Source: the human T2T-CHM13v2.0 reference genome, Homo sapiens. From it: a DNA stretch of 64,000 nucleotides. The translations under genes and the position numbers were made by a program. A model generated the notes under the pieces. The model ran no database searches. It worked only from the letters and a program-made list of their open reading frames with translations, and was not told the DNA's origin. The number at the start of each line of letters is the position of its first letter. The first letter of the stretch is position 1. This document shows positions 12,888 through 27,229 of the stretch, piece by piece. The DNA is taken from NCBI RefSeq assembly GCF_009914755.1, contig NC_060939.1. One strand, given 5' to 3'.

Positions 12888-13160
12888 TTTTTTTTTTTTT
12901 TTTTTTTTTGAGATGGAGTCTAGCTCTGTTGCTCAGGCTGGAGTGCAGTGGCGCGATCTGGGCTCACTGCAAGCTCCACCTCCCGGGTTCACACCATTCT
13001 CCTCCTCAGCCTCCCAAGTAGCTGGGAGTACAGGCGCCTGCCACCATGCCTGGCTAATTTTTTTTTTTTGTATTTTTAGTAGAGACGGAGTTTCACCATG
13101 TTAACCAGGATGGTCTCGATCTCCTGCCCCCATGATCTGCCCACCTCGGCCTCCCAAAGT
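12888..13160 (-). mobile_element. AluY-like, 5'-truncated
   Basis: TSD cattggcagaat at 12877 and 13161. Confidence 0.95.
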
Positions 13161-13595
13161 CATTGGCAGAATAATTAAGAATAATTAAACTAGAACCCCC
13201 TCTTGCACTATATACAAAAATCAAATCCAAATGGGTTAAAGACTTAAATCAAAGACACGAAACTACTAAAAGTAAACATTAGGGAAACTCTCCAGGAAAT
13301 TGGTCTTGGCACAGATTTCTTGAGTAATACTCCAAAAGCTCAGGCAACCAAAGCTAAAATGAACAAGTGGTATCACATCAAGTTCAAAAGTTTCTGCATA
13401 GTAAAGAAAACAATGGGCAAAGTGAAAAGACAATCCACAGAATGGAAGAAAATATTTGCAAACTATATATCTGACAAGGGATTAAAAACCAGAATATATA
13501 AGGAGCCCAAACAACTCTATAAGAAAAAAACTAACAATCCAATTATTTAAATGGGCAAAAGATCTGAGCAGACATTTCTCAAAAGAAGGCACCCA

Positions 13596-13885
13596 GGTCA
13601 GGCGCAGTGGCTCACACCTGTAATTCCAGCACTTTGGGGAGCCAAGACGGGTGGGACACTTGAGCCCAGGAGTTCAAGACCAACCTGAACAACATAGCAA
13701 ATAATTTTAAAAACTACCTGGGCATGGTGATGCCTGCCTGTGGTCCCAGCTACTCAGGAGGCTGAGGTGGGAGGATTGCTTGAACCCTGGCAGTCAACAT
13801 TACATTAAGCCGTGATCATACCACTGCACTCCAGCCTGGACGACAGAGTGAGACGCTGTCTCAAAAAATGAGCAAAAACAAAAAA
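13596..13885 (+). mobile_element. AluJ-like
   Basis: Diverged Alu dimer with AluJ-type gcttgagcccaggag. Confidence 0.9.
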
Positions 13886-14537
13886 GAAGATATATAAATG
13901 TCAAATAGGTATATGAAAAGATGCTCAATATCATTGATCATCAGAGAAATTGAAATCAAAACTACAATAAGATAGCAACTTACCCCATTAAAATGGCTTT
14001 TATGCAAAAGACAGGCAATAACAAATGCTTTCAAGAATGTGGGGAAAAGGGAACTCTCTTACTCTGTTGGTGGGAATGTAAATTAGTATATTCACTATGG
14101 AGAAAAATATGGAGGTCCCTCAAAAAATTAAAAATAGAACTATCATATGATACAGCAATCCCACTGCTGGGTATATACCCAAGAGAGGGAAAATTGGTAT
14201 ATCAAAGAGATATCTGCATTCCCATATTTATTTCAGCACTATTCATAATAGCCAAGATTTGGAAGCAACCTAAGTGTGCATCAACAGATGAAGGGATAAA
14301 GAAAATGTAGTACATATACACAACGGAGTACTCTTCGGCCATGAAAAAGAATAAGATTCTGTCATTTGCAACAACATGGATGGAACTAGAGGACATTATT
14401 TTAAGTAAAATGAGCCAGGCACAGAAAGACAGACTTTACATGTTCTCACTCATTTGTGGGAGCTAAAAATTAAAACAATTGAACTCATCAAGATAGAGAG
14501 TAGACTGAGAGTTTCCAGAGGCTGGGAAGAGTAGCGG

Positions 14538-15050
14538 TGTTACGGGATCTTTGGGGTGTTACTTTTCTGGACAGAAACCTCTATGGCTGGTGGCACCTTT
14601 GCCCGAGCTTTGCTGGGCCCTGCACACTCAGCCTGGCAGGCTGTGCTCAGCTCATGCTACCACGTTGGATCCCATGCCTGCCAAGGGAGACTGCGTGGAG
14701 TGGCAAGGGGTGTGTGAGTGAGCATGGGGTCTGGCCACTGTGCAGTCAGATCTGCTGGCTGCTGCAGTGGGGCAGGTGGCTCCAAGTGCCAACACGGACG
14801 CCAGCTCTCCACAAGGCTGTGGCTGGATCACGGGCACCTCAACCAGCTTCCATAGCTGGCACACTGGGAACACAGTGGCACCCAGAATCTTGGAGATATC
14901 AGGAACCAAAGGGCCCCAAAGAAGGACCTGGCTCGGGGAGCTCCCAGGTCTGGGCTCCCCAAAGGGCCACAGCTCTTCTTTCCTTCTCTTTGCCCACAAT
15001 GTGGTGAGCAAGGGGCATGTCTCAGCCCTGTTTGTGTTACAGCTCTTTCA
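14538..15050 (-). mobile_element. MER52/LTR28-like GC-rich LTR, 3' part only
   Basis: Begins TGTTACGGGATCTTTGGGGTG, the reverse complement of the MER52-family 3' terminus. Only ~0.5 kb is present. Confidence 0.7.
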
Positions 15051-15119
15051 GCCTCTTCCCTAGGATTTGTCATAATTAATTCCCATATCATCTTATTTTT
15101 TTACATGTGTTTGAACTTC

Positions 15120-15760
15120 AGAAGATGTATGGATCTAAACACAACATGATGTGTTAGCTAGCTGCCATATGAGCTTCTCCCTGTTTCACCACTATGTAGC
15201 CTAAAGTTATTCCGTCATCCATGACTATCCTGTCTAAAGAGTCTGAAGATCTTTATTTGGTAGCTATGGCTTCAGCTAGTTCATTTGCTAAGTTACCTAG
15301 AGTGGTTGACAGATTTCTAATTATACGTTCATGAGAGGTTACTCCCCACCATTGCAAGAGACTTCTGCCAAACATAGGCCAAAATTCATCTCCTTGGTTT
15401 GCAGGTACAGTTTGTCTAATCCTGGAAAATAATTTCAATGAACTACTTCAGCGTTCAGAAACATTGGAGTTATAAATAGAAAGAGGAAGAGCCACATAAC
15501 CTAATAGACAATTACCTCTCATATGCCAGTGGTCAACACATTCATAAGCCCATGTGTGCTTGATCCAGGGACCACACAGGGTCCCTGATGGATTCTGAAA
15601 TTTAAGGCTTTGGATTACTGGTAACAGAGACATGTTAAAGTACATGTCTTCAGTCTTGAGTAGAGTGTAATCAGTCTGATTTCTTTTTTTTTTAATGAGA
15701 CAAACATCAGGTAAAGACCTTGACAAGAAGGAAGAGAAATCCCGAGATTCTATAATCATA
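15120..15760 (-). pseudogene. Degraded gammaretroviral-type env (SU C-terminus and TM ectodomain)
   Basis: LCGPW..WAYECVDHWHMRGNCLLGYV, then a fusion-peptide-like MFGRSLLQWWGV, a heptad IRNLSTTLGNLANELAEAIA, an ISD-like SLDRIVMDDGITLGYIVVKQG, and after a frameshift ANTSCC. Contains stops and frameshifts. Confidence 0.78.
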
Positions 15761-16242
15761 ATAATCGAATTGTAATTGCTAGTTTAAGTAGTCCTTCAAA
15801 AATACATCTCATTCCTGACAGGATAAAACAAGTTTTATAAAATATATTATATCTGGGTTCACTAGGGAACACTTGGAGCCAGGAAATAATTCAGGATTCA
15901 GACCAAATTATAGGCAAATAATAAAAACTCAGAAAAAATGATCAGGGCTGGAATCTAATAGCATATGTCACAGTTTTCTTTTGGAACATAAATTTTCTCT
16001 CTCTAGTCCATCATTTTATCAAAGACAAATCATAGTAGGACAAATTTCTGTGCAAAATAAGTTTTAGTCTTATCATACCTGGCCTGATTATTTGCATAAA
16101 GTGCAGCAAGAATATTTATTGACCATATAGGCTTCTTAAAATTGGCTTTGTTGGAACTATTTAATAAGGAATCTTAGACTTTTAAAAGCCTTGAGACTAG
16201 CCAAGTCAAAGATTTGCATCAGACTGTGTCTGTAATACTTTT

Positions 16243-19200
16243 TTTAACCTACTTTTTTTTTATTATACTTTAAGTTGTGGGGTACAAGTGCAGAATGCAC
16301 AGGTTTGTTACATAGGTATACATGTGCTGTGGTGGTTTGCTGCACCCATCAACCCATCACCTATATTAGGTATTTGTCCTAATGCTTTCCCTCCCCCCGC
16401 CCCCACCCCCCAACACGCCCCAGTGTGTGATGTTCCCCTCCCTGTGTCCTTGTGTTCTCGTTGTTCAACTCCCACTTATGAGTGAGAACATGTGGTGTTT
16501 TGTTTTCTGTTCTTGTGTTAGTTTGCTGAGAATGACGGTTTCCAGCTTCATCCATGTCCCTACAAAGGACATGAACTCATCCTTTTTTATGGCTGCATAG
16601 TATTCTATGGTGTATATGTGCCACATTTTCTTTATCCAGTCTATAATTGATGGGCATTTGGGTTGGTTCCAAGTCTTTGTTATTGTGAACAGTCCTGCAA
16701 TAAAAATACGTGTGCATTTGTCTTTATGGTAGAATGATTTATAATCCTTTGGGTATATACCCAGTAATGGGATTTCTGGGCCAAATGGTATTTCTAGTCC
16801 TAGATCCTTGAGGAATAGCCACACTGTCTTCCACAATGGTTGAACTAATTTACACTCCCACCAACAGTGTAAAAGCATTCCTATTTCTCCACACCCTCTC
16901 CAGTATCTGTTGTTTCCTGACTTTTTAATGATCACCATTCTAACTGGCATGAGATGGTATCTCATTGTGGTTTTGATTTGCATTTCTCTAATGACTAGTC
17001 ATGATGAGCTTTTTTTCATATGTTTGTTGGTTGCATAATTGTCCTCTTTTAAGAAGTGTCTGTTCACATCCTTTGCCCACTTTTTGATGGGATTGTTCTT
17101 TCTTGTAAATTTGTTTAAGTTCTTTGTAGATTCTGGATATTAGCCCTTTGTCAGATGGATAGATTGCAAAAATTTTCTCCCATTTTGGAGGTTGCTCGTT
17201 CACTCTCACAGTTTCTTTTGCTTTCCAGAAGCGCTTTAGTTTAATTAGGTCCCATTTGTCAATTTTGTTTTTTTTGTCATTGTTTTTGGTGTTTTAGTCA
17301 TGAAGTCTTTGCCCATGCCTACGTCCTGAATGGTATTGCCTAGGTTTTCCTCTAGGGTTTTTATGGCTTTAGGTATTAAGTTTAAGTCTTTAATCCATCT
17401 TGAGTTAATTTTTATATAAGGTGTACGGAAGGGATCCAGTTTCAGCTTTCTGCCTAAGGCTAGCCAGTTTTCCCAACACCATTTATTAAATAAGGAATCC
17501 TTTACCCAGTGCTTGTTTTTCTCAGGTTTGTCAAAGATCAGATGGTTGTAGATATGTGGTGTTGTTTCTGAGGGTTCTGTTCTGTTCCTTTGATCTATAT
17601 ATCTGTTTTGGTACCAGTACCATGCTGTTTTGGTTACCGTTGCCTTGTAGTATAGTTTGAAGTCAGGTAGCATGATGCTTCCAGCTTTGTTCTTTTTGCT
17701 TAGGATTGTCTTGGCTATTCGGGCTCTTTTTTGATTCCATATGAAATTTAAAATATATTTTTCCAATTCCGTGGAGAAAGTCAATGGTAGTTTAATGGGG
17801 ATAGCAGTGAATCTATAAATTTCTTTGGGTAGTATGGCCATTTTCATGATATTGATTCTTCCTATCGATGAGCATGGAGTGTTTTTCCATTTGTTTGTGT
17901 CCTCTCTTTTTCCTTGAGGAGTGGTTTGTAGTTCTCCTTGAAGAGGTCCTTCACATCATTGTAAGTTGTATTCCTAGGTATTTCATTCTTGTTGTAGCAA
18001 TGGCGAATGGGAGTTCACTCATAGTTTGGCTCTCTGTTTGTCTGTTATTGGTGAATAAGAAAGCTTGTGATTTTTGCACATTGATTTTGTATCCTGAAAC
18101 TTTGCTGAAGTTGCTTATCAGCTTAAGGAAATTTTGGGCTGAGACGATGGGGTTTTCTAAATATATAATCATGTCATCTGCAAACAGAGACAATTTGACT
18201 TCTTCTTTTCCTAATTGAATACGCTTTATTTCTTTCTCTTGCCTGATTACCCTGGCCAGAGCTTCCAACACTATGTGGAATAGGAGTAGTGAGAGAGGGC
18301 ATCCTTGTCTTGTGCTGATTTTCAAAGGGAGTGCTTCCAGTTTTTGCACATTCAGTATGTTATTGGCTGTGGGTTTGTCATGAATAGCACTTAATATTTT
18401 GAGATATGTTCCATCGATACCAGTTTATTCAGAGTTTTTAGCATGAAGGGCTGTTGAATTTTGTCAAAGGCCTTTTCTGCATCTATTGAGATAATCATGT
18501 AGTTTTTGTCATTGATTCCGTTTATATGATGGATTACATTTATTGATTTGCATGTTGAACCAGCCTTGCATCCCAGGGATGAAGTCAACTTGGTCATGGT
18601 GGACAAGATTTTTGATGTGCTGCTGGATTCAGTTTTCCAGTATTTTATTCAGGATTTCTGCATTGATGTTCATCAGGGCTATTGGCCTAAAATTTTCTTT
18701 TTTTGTTGTGTCCCTGCCAGGTTTTTGTATCAAGATGATCCTGGCCTCATAAAATGAATTAGGGAGGATTCTCTCTTTTTCTATTGTTTGGAATGGTTTC
18801 AGAAGGAATGGTACCAGCTCCTCTTTGTACCTCTGGTAGAATTTGGCTGTGAATCCGTCTGGTCCTGGATTTTTTTTCGTTGGTAGGGTATTGATTAATG
18901 CCTCAATTTCAGAACCTGTTATTGGTCTTTTCAGGAATTTGACTTCTTCCTGGTTTAGTCTTGGTAGAATTCTCTGATGATAATTTGTATTTCTGTGGGA
19001 CCAGTGGTGATATCCCCTTAATCATTTTTTATTGCATCTATTTGATTCTTCTCTCTTTTCTTCTTTACTAGTCTGGCAAGTAGTCTGTTTTGTTGATCTT
19101 TTCAAAAAACCGGCTCCTGGATTCATTGATTTTTTGAAGAGTTTTTCGTGTCTCTATCTCCTTCAATTCTGCTCTGATCTTATTTATGTCTTGCCTTCTG

Positions 19201-21538
19201 CTAGCTTTTGAATTTACTTGTTCTTGCTTCTCTAGTTCTTTTAATTTTGATGTTAAGGTGTCAATTTTAGATCTTTCCTGCTTTCTCTTGTGGGCATTTA
19301 GTGCTATAAATTTCCCTCTACACACTGCTTTAAAAGTGTCCCAGGGATTCTGGTACGTTGTGTCTTGGTTCTCACTGGTTTTGAAGAACATCTTTATTTC
19401 TGCCTTCATTTCGTTATTTAGCCAGTAGTCATTCAGGAGCAGGTTGCCCAGTTTCCATGTAGTTGTGAGGTTTTGAGTGAGTTTCTTAATCCTGTATACT
19501 AATTTGAATACATTGTGGTCTGAGAGACTGTTTGTTATGATTTCCATTATTTTGCATTTCCTGAGGAGTGTTTTACTTCCAATTATGTGGTCAATTTTAG
19601 AATAAGTGCAATGTGGTGCTGAGAAGAAGGTACATTCTGTTGATTTGGGGTGGAGAGTTCTGTAGATATCTTTTAGGTCCACTTGGTCCAGAGCTGAGTT
19701 CAAGTCCTGGATATTCTTGTTAATTTTCTGTCTCATCTATCTAATATTGACAGTGGAGTGTTAAAGTCTCCCACTATTATTGTGTGGGAGTCTAAGTCTC
19801 TTTGTAGGTCTTTAAGAACTTGCTTTATGAATCTGAGTGCTCCTGTATTGGGTGCATATATGTCTAGGATAGTTAGCTCTTCTTGTTGCATTGATCCCTT
19901 TACCATTATGTAATGTCCTTCTTTGTCTCTTTTTATCTTTGTTGGCTTAAGATCTGTTTTATCAGAAACTAGGATTGCAACCCCTGCTTTTTGTTGCTTT
20001 CCACTTGCTTGTTAAATGTTCCTTCATCCCTTTATTTTGAGCCTATGTGTATGAGATGGGTCTCCTGAATACAGCACATTGATGGGTCTTGACTCTTTAT
20101 CCAATTTGCCAGTCTGTGTCTTTCAATTGGGGGCATTTAGCTCATTTACATTTAAGGTTAATATTGTTATGTGTGAATTTGATCCTGTCATTATGATACT
20201 AGGTGGTAATTTTGCTCATTAGTTGATGCAGTTTTTTCATAGTGTCAATTGTCTTTATAATTTGGTATGTTTTTGCAGTGGCTGTTACCAGTTGTTCCTT
20301 TCCATGTTTAGTGCTTCCTTCAGGAGTTCTTGTAAGGCAGGCCTGGTGGTGACAATATCTCTCAGCATTTGCTTGAAAAGGATTTTATTTCTCCTTCAAT
20401 TATGAAGCTTAGTTTGGCTGGATATGAAATTCTGGCTTGAAAATTCTTTTCTTTAGGAATGTTGTATATTGGCCCCCACTCTCTTCTGGCTTGTAGGCTT
20501 TCTGCCAAGAGATCCACTGTTAGTCTGATGGGCTTCCCTTTGTGGGTAACTCAACCTTTCTCTCTGGCTGCCCTTATTATTTTTTCCCTCATTTCAACCT
20601 TGGTGAATCTGATGACTTTGTGTCTTGGGGTTGCTCTTCTTGAGGAGTATCTTAGTGGCGTTCTCTGTATTTCCTGAATTTGAATGTTGGCCTGTCTTCC
20701 TGGGTTGGGGAATTTCTCCTGGATAATATCCTTAAGAATGTTTCTCAACTTGGTTCCATTCTCTCTGTCACTTTCAGGTACACCAATCAAACATAGACTC
20801 AGTGTTTTAACATAGTCCTCTATTTCTTGGAGGCTTTGTTCATTTCTTTTCACTCTTTTTTCTCTAATCTTGTCTTCTTGCTTAATTTCTTTGAGTTGAT
20901 CTTCAATCTGTGATATCCTTTCTCCTGCTTGATTGATTCAGCTATTGATACTTGTGTATGCTTCATGAAGTTCTTGTGCTGGGTTTTTCAGCTCCATCAG
21001 GTCATTTATATTCTTCTCTAAACTGGTTATTCTAGTTAACAATTCGCCTAACCTTTTTTTTCAGGCTCTTAGCTTCCTTGCATTGGGTTAGAACATGCTC
21101 CTTTAGCTCGGAGGAGTTTGTTATTACCCGCCTTCTGAAGCCTACTTCTGTCAATTCGTCAAACTCATTGTCTGTCCAGTTTTGTTCCCTTGCTGGCGGG
21201 GAGTTGTGATCTTCTGGAGGAGAAGAGGCATTCTGGCTTTTGGAGTTTTCAGCCTTTTTGCACTGGTTTCTCCCCGTCTTTGTGGATTTATCTACCTTTG
21301 GTCTTTGATGTTGGTGGTGTTGATACTATTCCTTTCTGTTTGTTAGTTTTCCTTCTAACAGTCAGGTCCCTCTGCTGCAGGTTTGCTCGAGTTTGCTGGA
21401 GGTCCACTCCAGACCTGTTTGCCTGGGTGTCACCAGTGGAGGCTCAGTTGGAAATGCATGAACAACCTGCCTTCTGTGTTGATCTCACTGGGTGCTGCAG
21501 GCCGGAGCTGTTCCTATTCAGACATCTTGCCAGCTCTC
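16243..21538 (-). mobile_element. L1PA7/8-like LINE-1 with both termini, spliced 5'UTR, ORF1 (21277-20255, start ACG) and ORF2 (20191-16465) disrupted
   Basis: TSD ctgtaatactttt at 16230-16242 and 21539-21551. 5' end gagagctggcaagatgtctgaataggaacagctcc. ORF1 and ORF2 peptides appear in the ORF track. Poly-A at the left end. Confidence 0.95.
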
Positions 21539-22112
21539 CTGTAATACTTTTATGAATGGGTGTAGTCCTCTCTTCTCAAGGTCCCCAAATATCTTGAGGT
21601 TCCTGGGCCCGTCAGAAAGTGACATTCTTTACTTCTTACCACAAGGACAGCAAATTTGTAAAGGATCCTTGTAGACAGGACATCAAGCCAGTCATTCTAA
21701 GGGGCTTTGTATTGGTGCTATAAAGTCAACCTCAATTCCTTAAAGTGGTCTGGTTGTATCTGCCATTCAAGTTAAAGCCTTGATAAAACAAACAGTGTCT
21801 CCAATTGAATCTTGTTACCAAAAACAGATTCTTATTGAAATTATGCAAATAATTATATTGCCATAATTTAAGAATGCTCACGAATGGCTTCTGAATTCTG
21901 GAGAAATCAGCTAGAGAGACAGATAAATGGCTCAAATTTTTGTTCACAATGTAGTTTATCTAATATATTGTAAGTTAAAAATAGCTGAAAAGAAAAAAAA
22001 TTCTTGACTTTGGAAAACAAAACATAAAGAGAATCAACAATGTTTCCAATGGAAAGGCCATGAATAAAATCTTTTCCTTCTTTTATAAGTTCAGTCCCAT
22101 GTAACTACAGCT

Positions 22113-22198
22113 TGTTCTGCTTGATTTCAAATAGCAATTCTCATTCAGTTTTTTGTGTTCTGCTTGATTTCAATTGGAAATTCTCATTCAGCTTTTTA
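22113..22198. repeat. 43-bp tandem duplication
   Basis: tgttctgcttgatttcaa....aattctcattcag occurs at 22113 and 22156. Confidence 0.85.
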
Positions 22199-22322
22199 GA
22201 GTCCTGGAAGATTTTCATAGTCCAATGGTATGATCCCCAAAGTTATCTGAAACCATATTTAAGAGAACTTGTCAGAGTCCTTTCCATTAAAAGTAATTTA
22301 GATGATAGCTGATTGTAAAGAC

Positions 22323-22644
22323 TTTTTTTTTTTTTTGAGACACGGTCTGGCTCTATCACTCAGGATGGAGTGCAGTGACATGATCTTGGTTCACTGCAAT
22401 CTCTCCCACCCAAACTCAAGCCATCCTCCTACCTCAGCCTCTGAAGTAGCTGGGACCATAGGCATGCACCATCATGCCTGGCTAATTTTTGTATTCTTGT
22501 AGAGAGAGGATTTTACCATGTTGCCCAGGCTGCTTTAAAACTTCTGAGTTTAAGCAATTCACCCACCTCGGCCTTCCAAAGTGCTGGGATTTTTACACGC
22601 GCGAGCCACCGTGCCCTGCACAGCCTTCAGCACCGCGCCTGGCC
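22323..22644 (-). mobile_element. AluJ-like with a duplicated 5' tip
   Basis: Antisense Alu. The end reads caccgtgccctgca...caccgcgcctggcc. Flanks are tgtaaag. Confidence 0.9.
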
Positions 22645-23015
22645 TGTAAAGGGTTTTAGAGAAGAACTTTAAACAATCACCGTGGATGACAAAAACTTAG
22701 AAGAGCCTTTGGTTAAAATCCAGTGGAAGTTCTCAACTGGTGAGGAAATTTAGTTATTTCTATTATATGTAGCATTTTAAGATAACAGCCAGAATCATGA
22801 CTGACGGCAACACATCAGATCCATCAGACTTCCACAAATTTTATACAATCTTTAGAATATTTATATTAATAATATATCTATACATATACAACTTTAGAGA
22901 ATATTTAACATCATCAAAATTATCACTGATACCATATCAGATTTTTATAATTTATATAACATTTAAAATATTTATATTAATAATATACCTATAAATGTAA
23001 CCAAAAGAAGATTTA

Positions 23016-23311
23016 GGCCAGGCACAGTGGCTCATGCCTGTAATCCCAACACTTTGGGAGGCCAAGTTGGACAGATCATCAGAGGTCAGGATTTCGACAC
23101 CAGCCTGGCCGACATGGAGAAATCTTGTCTCTACTAAAAATACAAAATTAGCCGGGCGTGGTGGCATGTGTCTGTAGTCCCAGCTACTTGGGAGGTTGAG
23201 GCAGGAGAATCGCTTGAACCTTGGGGCAGAGGTTGCAGTGAACCTAGATCATGCCACTGCACTCCAGCCTGGGTGACAAAGCAAGATTCTGTCTCAGAGA
23301 GAAAAAAAAAA
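23016..23311 (+). mobile_element. AluS
   Basis: TSD aaaagaagattta. Confidence 0.95.
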
Positions 23312-23429
23312 GAAGATTTAGTGTTACTTATCTTTTGGCAATGCTTGCCATACAATGTTATCAACTAAGTTTTAACAAAGATGTAAAAAAATTGAAAAGA
23401 TTTGACCAAAACAGAATGACAGTTTATTG

Positions 23430-23733
23430 TTTTTAATTTTATTATTTTTTTGAGACAGGGTCTCACCCTGTTGCCCAGGCTGGAGTGCAGTGGTGAAATC
23501 ATGGCTCACTGCAGCCTCAACCTCCCAGGATCAGGTGATCCTCCACCTTAGTCTCCCAAGTAGCCAGGACTATGAGCACGTGCTACCACACACAGCTAGC
23601 TTTTTTATTTTTAGTAGAGATGGGGTTTTGCCATTTTGCCCAGGCTGGAGTTGAACTCCTGGGCTCAACTGATCCACCCACCTTGGCTTCCCAAAGGGCT
23701 GGAATTACAGACATGAGCTGCTGCACACAGCCA
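23430..23733 (-). mobile_element. AluJ-like
   Basis: Antisense diverged Alu dimer. Confidence 0.9.
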
Positions 23734-24868
23734 CATGTCATTTTTAAATAGCAGTCATTCATTTAATTAGCATGACAACCAAAAGACATCAAAAGCAACA
23801 TAGAAGGTTACATGGATGTGAAAACTGAAAACCCTCAGTTTTCCCAAGTAATTAAAAAAAAATAAAGGCAACACATGGATTATCTTGATAAAACCTAAAA
23901 TCTTCATTACAGGCCAGTCATTTAAAGGGTAAAACTCCTGTGGCATAACTGTGTCTTCTTATGGGAAGCTAATTTAAATCACTTGGAAGTCAATTCCGAT
24001 GACAAGGAGACTTTAATTTAATTAGACATAGAAAGAGTGTGTCCAGGGTCATGAGTGAGCATAATATTACAAAGGAATGTAAACAGGAAAACCAGAGCAT
24101 AGAGCAGTGGGGATCCATAGCTCACAATGATAGCATGGAAGTTTCCTGGTTACATGAAGTAATTAAGACATATTTAAAAGCCAAGAATACAAAATTAGAC
24201 CTGATGAAAAAGCTGAAGGAGTTATCATCCCAGCCAAGCAGGAAACCCAAGCCTTTTATTCCTTCTCAAGAAGGAACAGGAGACAGTGATGTGATCTGTG
24301 AGTCATGTGTAACATGAAAGTACAGGAGAAGTTGAACTTCTGATATACAAATCTGAAAAGTTTTTATAGTAATAGATTTCAGGATTAAAAGTCAATATTT
24401 ATTACCTCTTCTTATGAGCAAATAAATACATTAAGAAAACCTTGTTGTTTTAACCAAAATTTTTAGTATTTTATCACTCTTTTTAATATTACAGCTAATT
24501 TAAATAAACTTTATAAACAATCTATCTGATCTCAATCAGTTTTGACCTCGATGTAAGATTTACATAAACTTTTAATAACCTTGTATAATTTTTTCATCTT
24601 TCCCAACTTTTTATACACATTTAGTTTTATCTATCTTTTTTATTCCTTCAATTTAAAATAATCCTTAAAAATCTCTAAGCGAATTTACTTTCTCTGAAAA
24701 AAAAACCGGTATACATTTTGCATACAGAATTGTTTCTCTTGTATCTAGTAGTCTTAATCACATATATCTACCAAGATATTAACACTTAGTAACCCTTATT
24801 TTAATAGAAAACCTAGGAAGCAAGAAATCTTGAATTGTCATATAGCAGTATCTTACATATGAGAATAA

Positions 24869-25202
<334 letters not shown>

Positions 25203-25280
25203 TAAGTCTTAAATTGGAAATAACCCAGATATTTAATGAGTATCTATTATTTAATTTAACATAACTAAAATTTCAAAAAT

Positions 25281-25556
25281 AGGCTGGGCATGGTGGCTCA
25301 CACCTGTAATCCCAACACTTTGGGAGGCCAAGGCAGGAGTATCATGAAACCAGCCTGAGCAAAATAGTGAGATGCTGACTCTACAAAAAAAATAAAAGTT
25401 AGCTGACCATGGTGGTGCATACCTGTAATTAACAGCTACTTGGGAGGCTGAGATGGGAGGATCCCTTGAGTGCAGGAGTTCAAGGTTGCAGTGAGCTGTG
25501 ATCATGCCACTGCACTTCAGCCTGGGTGACAGACAGAGACACTGTCTCAAAAAAAT
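25281..25556 (+). mobile_element. AluJ-like
   Basis: Sense Alu dimer with a small internal deletion. Confidence 0.9.
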
Positions 25557-26030
25557 TTCAAAAATACATTAAGATGTCTTGTATAGACATTTATCCATTT
25601 ACATTTACTTATTTTTGACAGTTTATCTAGAGTATTTGTGAGAACTGAGGTATTAGACAAAGCTAGTCATCATTTCTAGGTTATTTTATTGTTAACCATG
25701 TTATAGCCTGTGAATATCAGGTGTTCACATAAGTGAGGACTTCAAAGTTAAATACATGGGTATTTTACCAATAACACAGAAAATTCCATTATTTTTGTTC
25801 AACAAACCATATTAAATTGGCCTTATGTATTTAAAAAATCACATAAACAAATATTCTTTTTTTTCCTGTGTTTACAGCTTTATAACCTTCATGCCAAACC
25901 CTAGCACCTTAAAATATCTAGCAAATGTAAATATAAAACACAAAAATGTATGCTGAAAATTCTGAAGACATTTCTATTTTTATTTTATCAATACTTTTTA
26001 AATTATTTGTATTTATAAAAGAACTCTTTT

Positions 26031-26346
26031 GTCTGGGCACAGTGGTTCATGCCTGTATCCCAGCAGTTTGAGAGGCTGCGGCAAGAGGATCACTTGAGCT
26101 CAGGAGTTTGAGACCAGCCTGGGCAACATAGTGAGACCCAATCTCTACTAAGAATAAGATAAACAATTACCAGGCATGGTGGTGCATGCCTATTGTCGCC
26201 TCTACTAGAGAGGATGAGGCAGGAGGATTGCTTGAGCCTGGGAGTTTGAGATAACAGTGAGCTATGATCCCACTACTGCACTCCAGTCTGGGGAACAGAT
26301 TGAGACCTTAGAGTGAGACCTTGTCTCAAAAAGAGAAAAAAATAAA
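26031..26346 (+). mobile_element. AluJ-like
   Basis: Diverged sense Alu dimer. Confidence 0.9.
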
Positions 26347-26586
26347 GAATTGTTTCATTCTTTTGTTTTTCTTCAGCCAAGTAACCTTGAATTGGTAACA
26401 CCACAGACAGTAAGTCTTATCTCAACACCAGTAGACAAATCAGCAGATTCAAAGTAGGCAGGGAAATAAAAAGATAGGCAAAAGAACTGAGACTTTTTCA
26501 TTTTAGGGTTTTTAAAAATAGTAACTATTTGAGTTCTGAATTTTCTTTCATGTAATTTGGCCGTCAGGTTTAAAGTGTGCACTAGA

Positions 26587-27187
<601 letters not shown>

Positions 27188-27189
27188 CA

Positions 27190-27197
27190 TGTGTGTA

Positions 27198-27229
<32 letters not shown>

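Noticed and set aside
14537-15091. Overlapping 87-156 aa ORFs on both strands
   Set aside because: They lie in a GC-rich MER52-like LTR and have no recognisable protein features.
16243-21538. Potentially active full-length L1
   Set aside because: The ORF1 start is ACG, both ORFs have stops and frameshifts, ORF2 has a deletion near 18965, and the promoter is spliced out.
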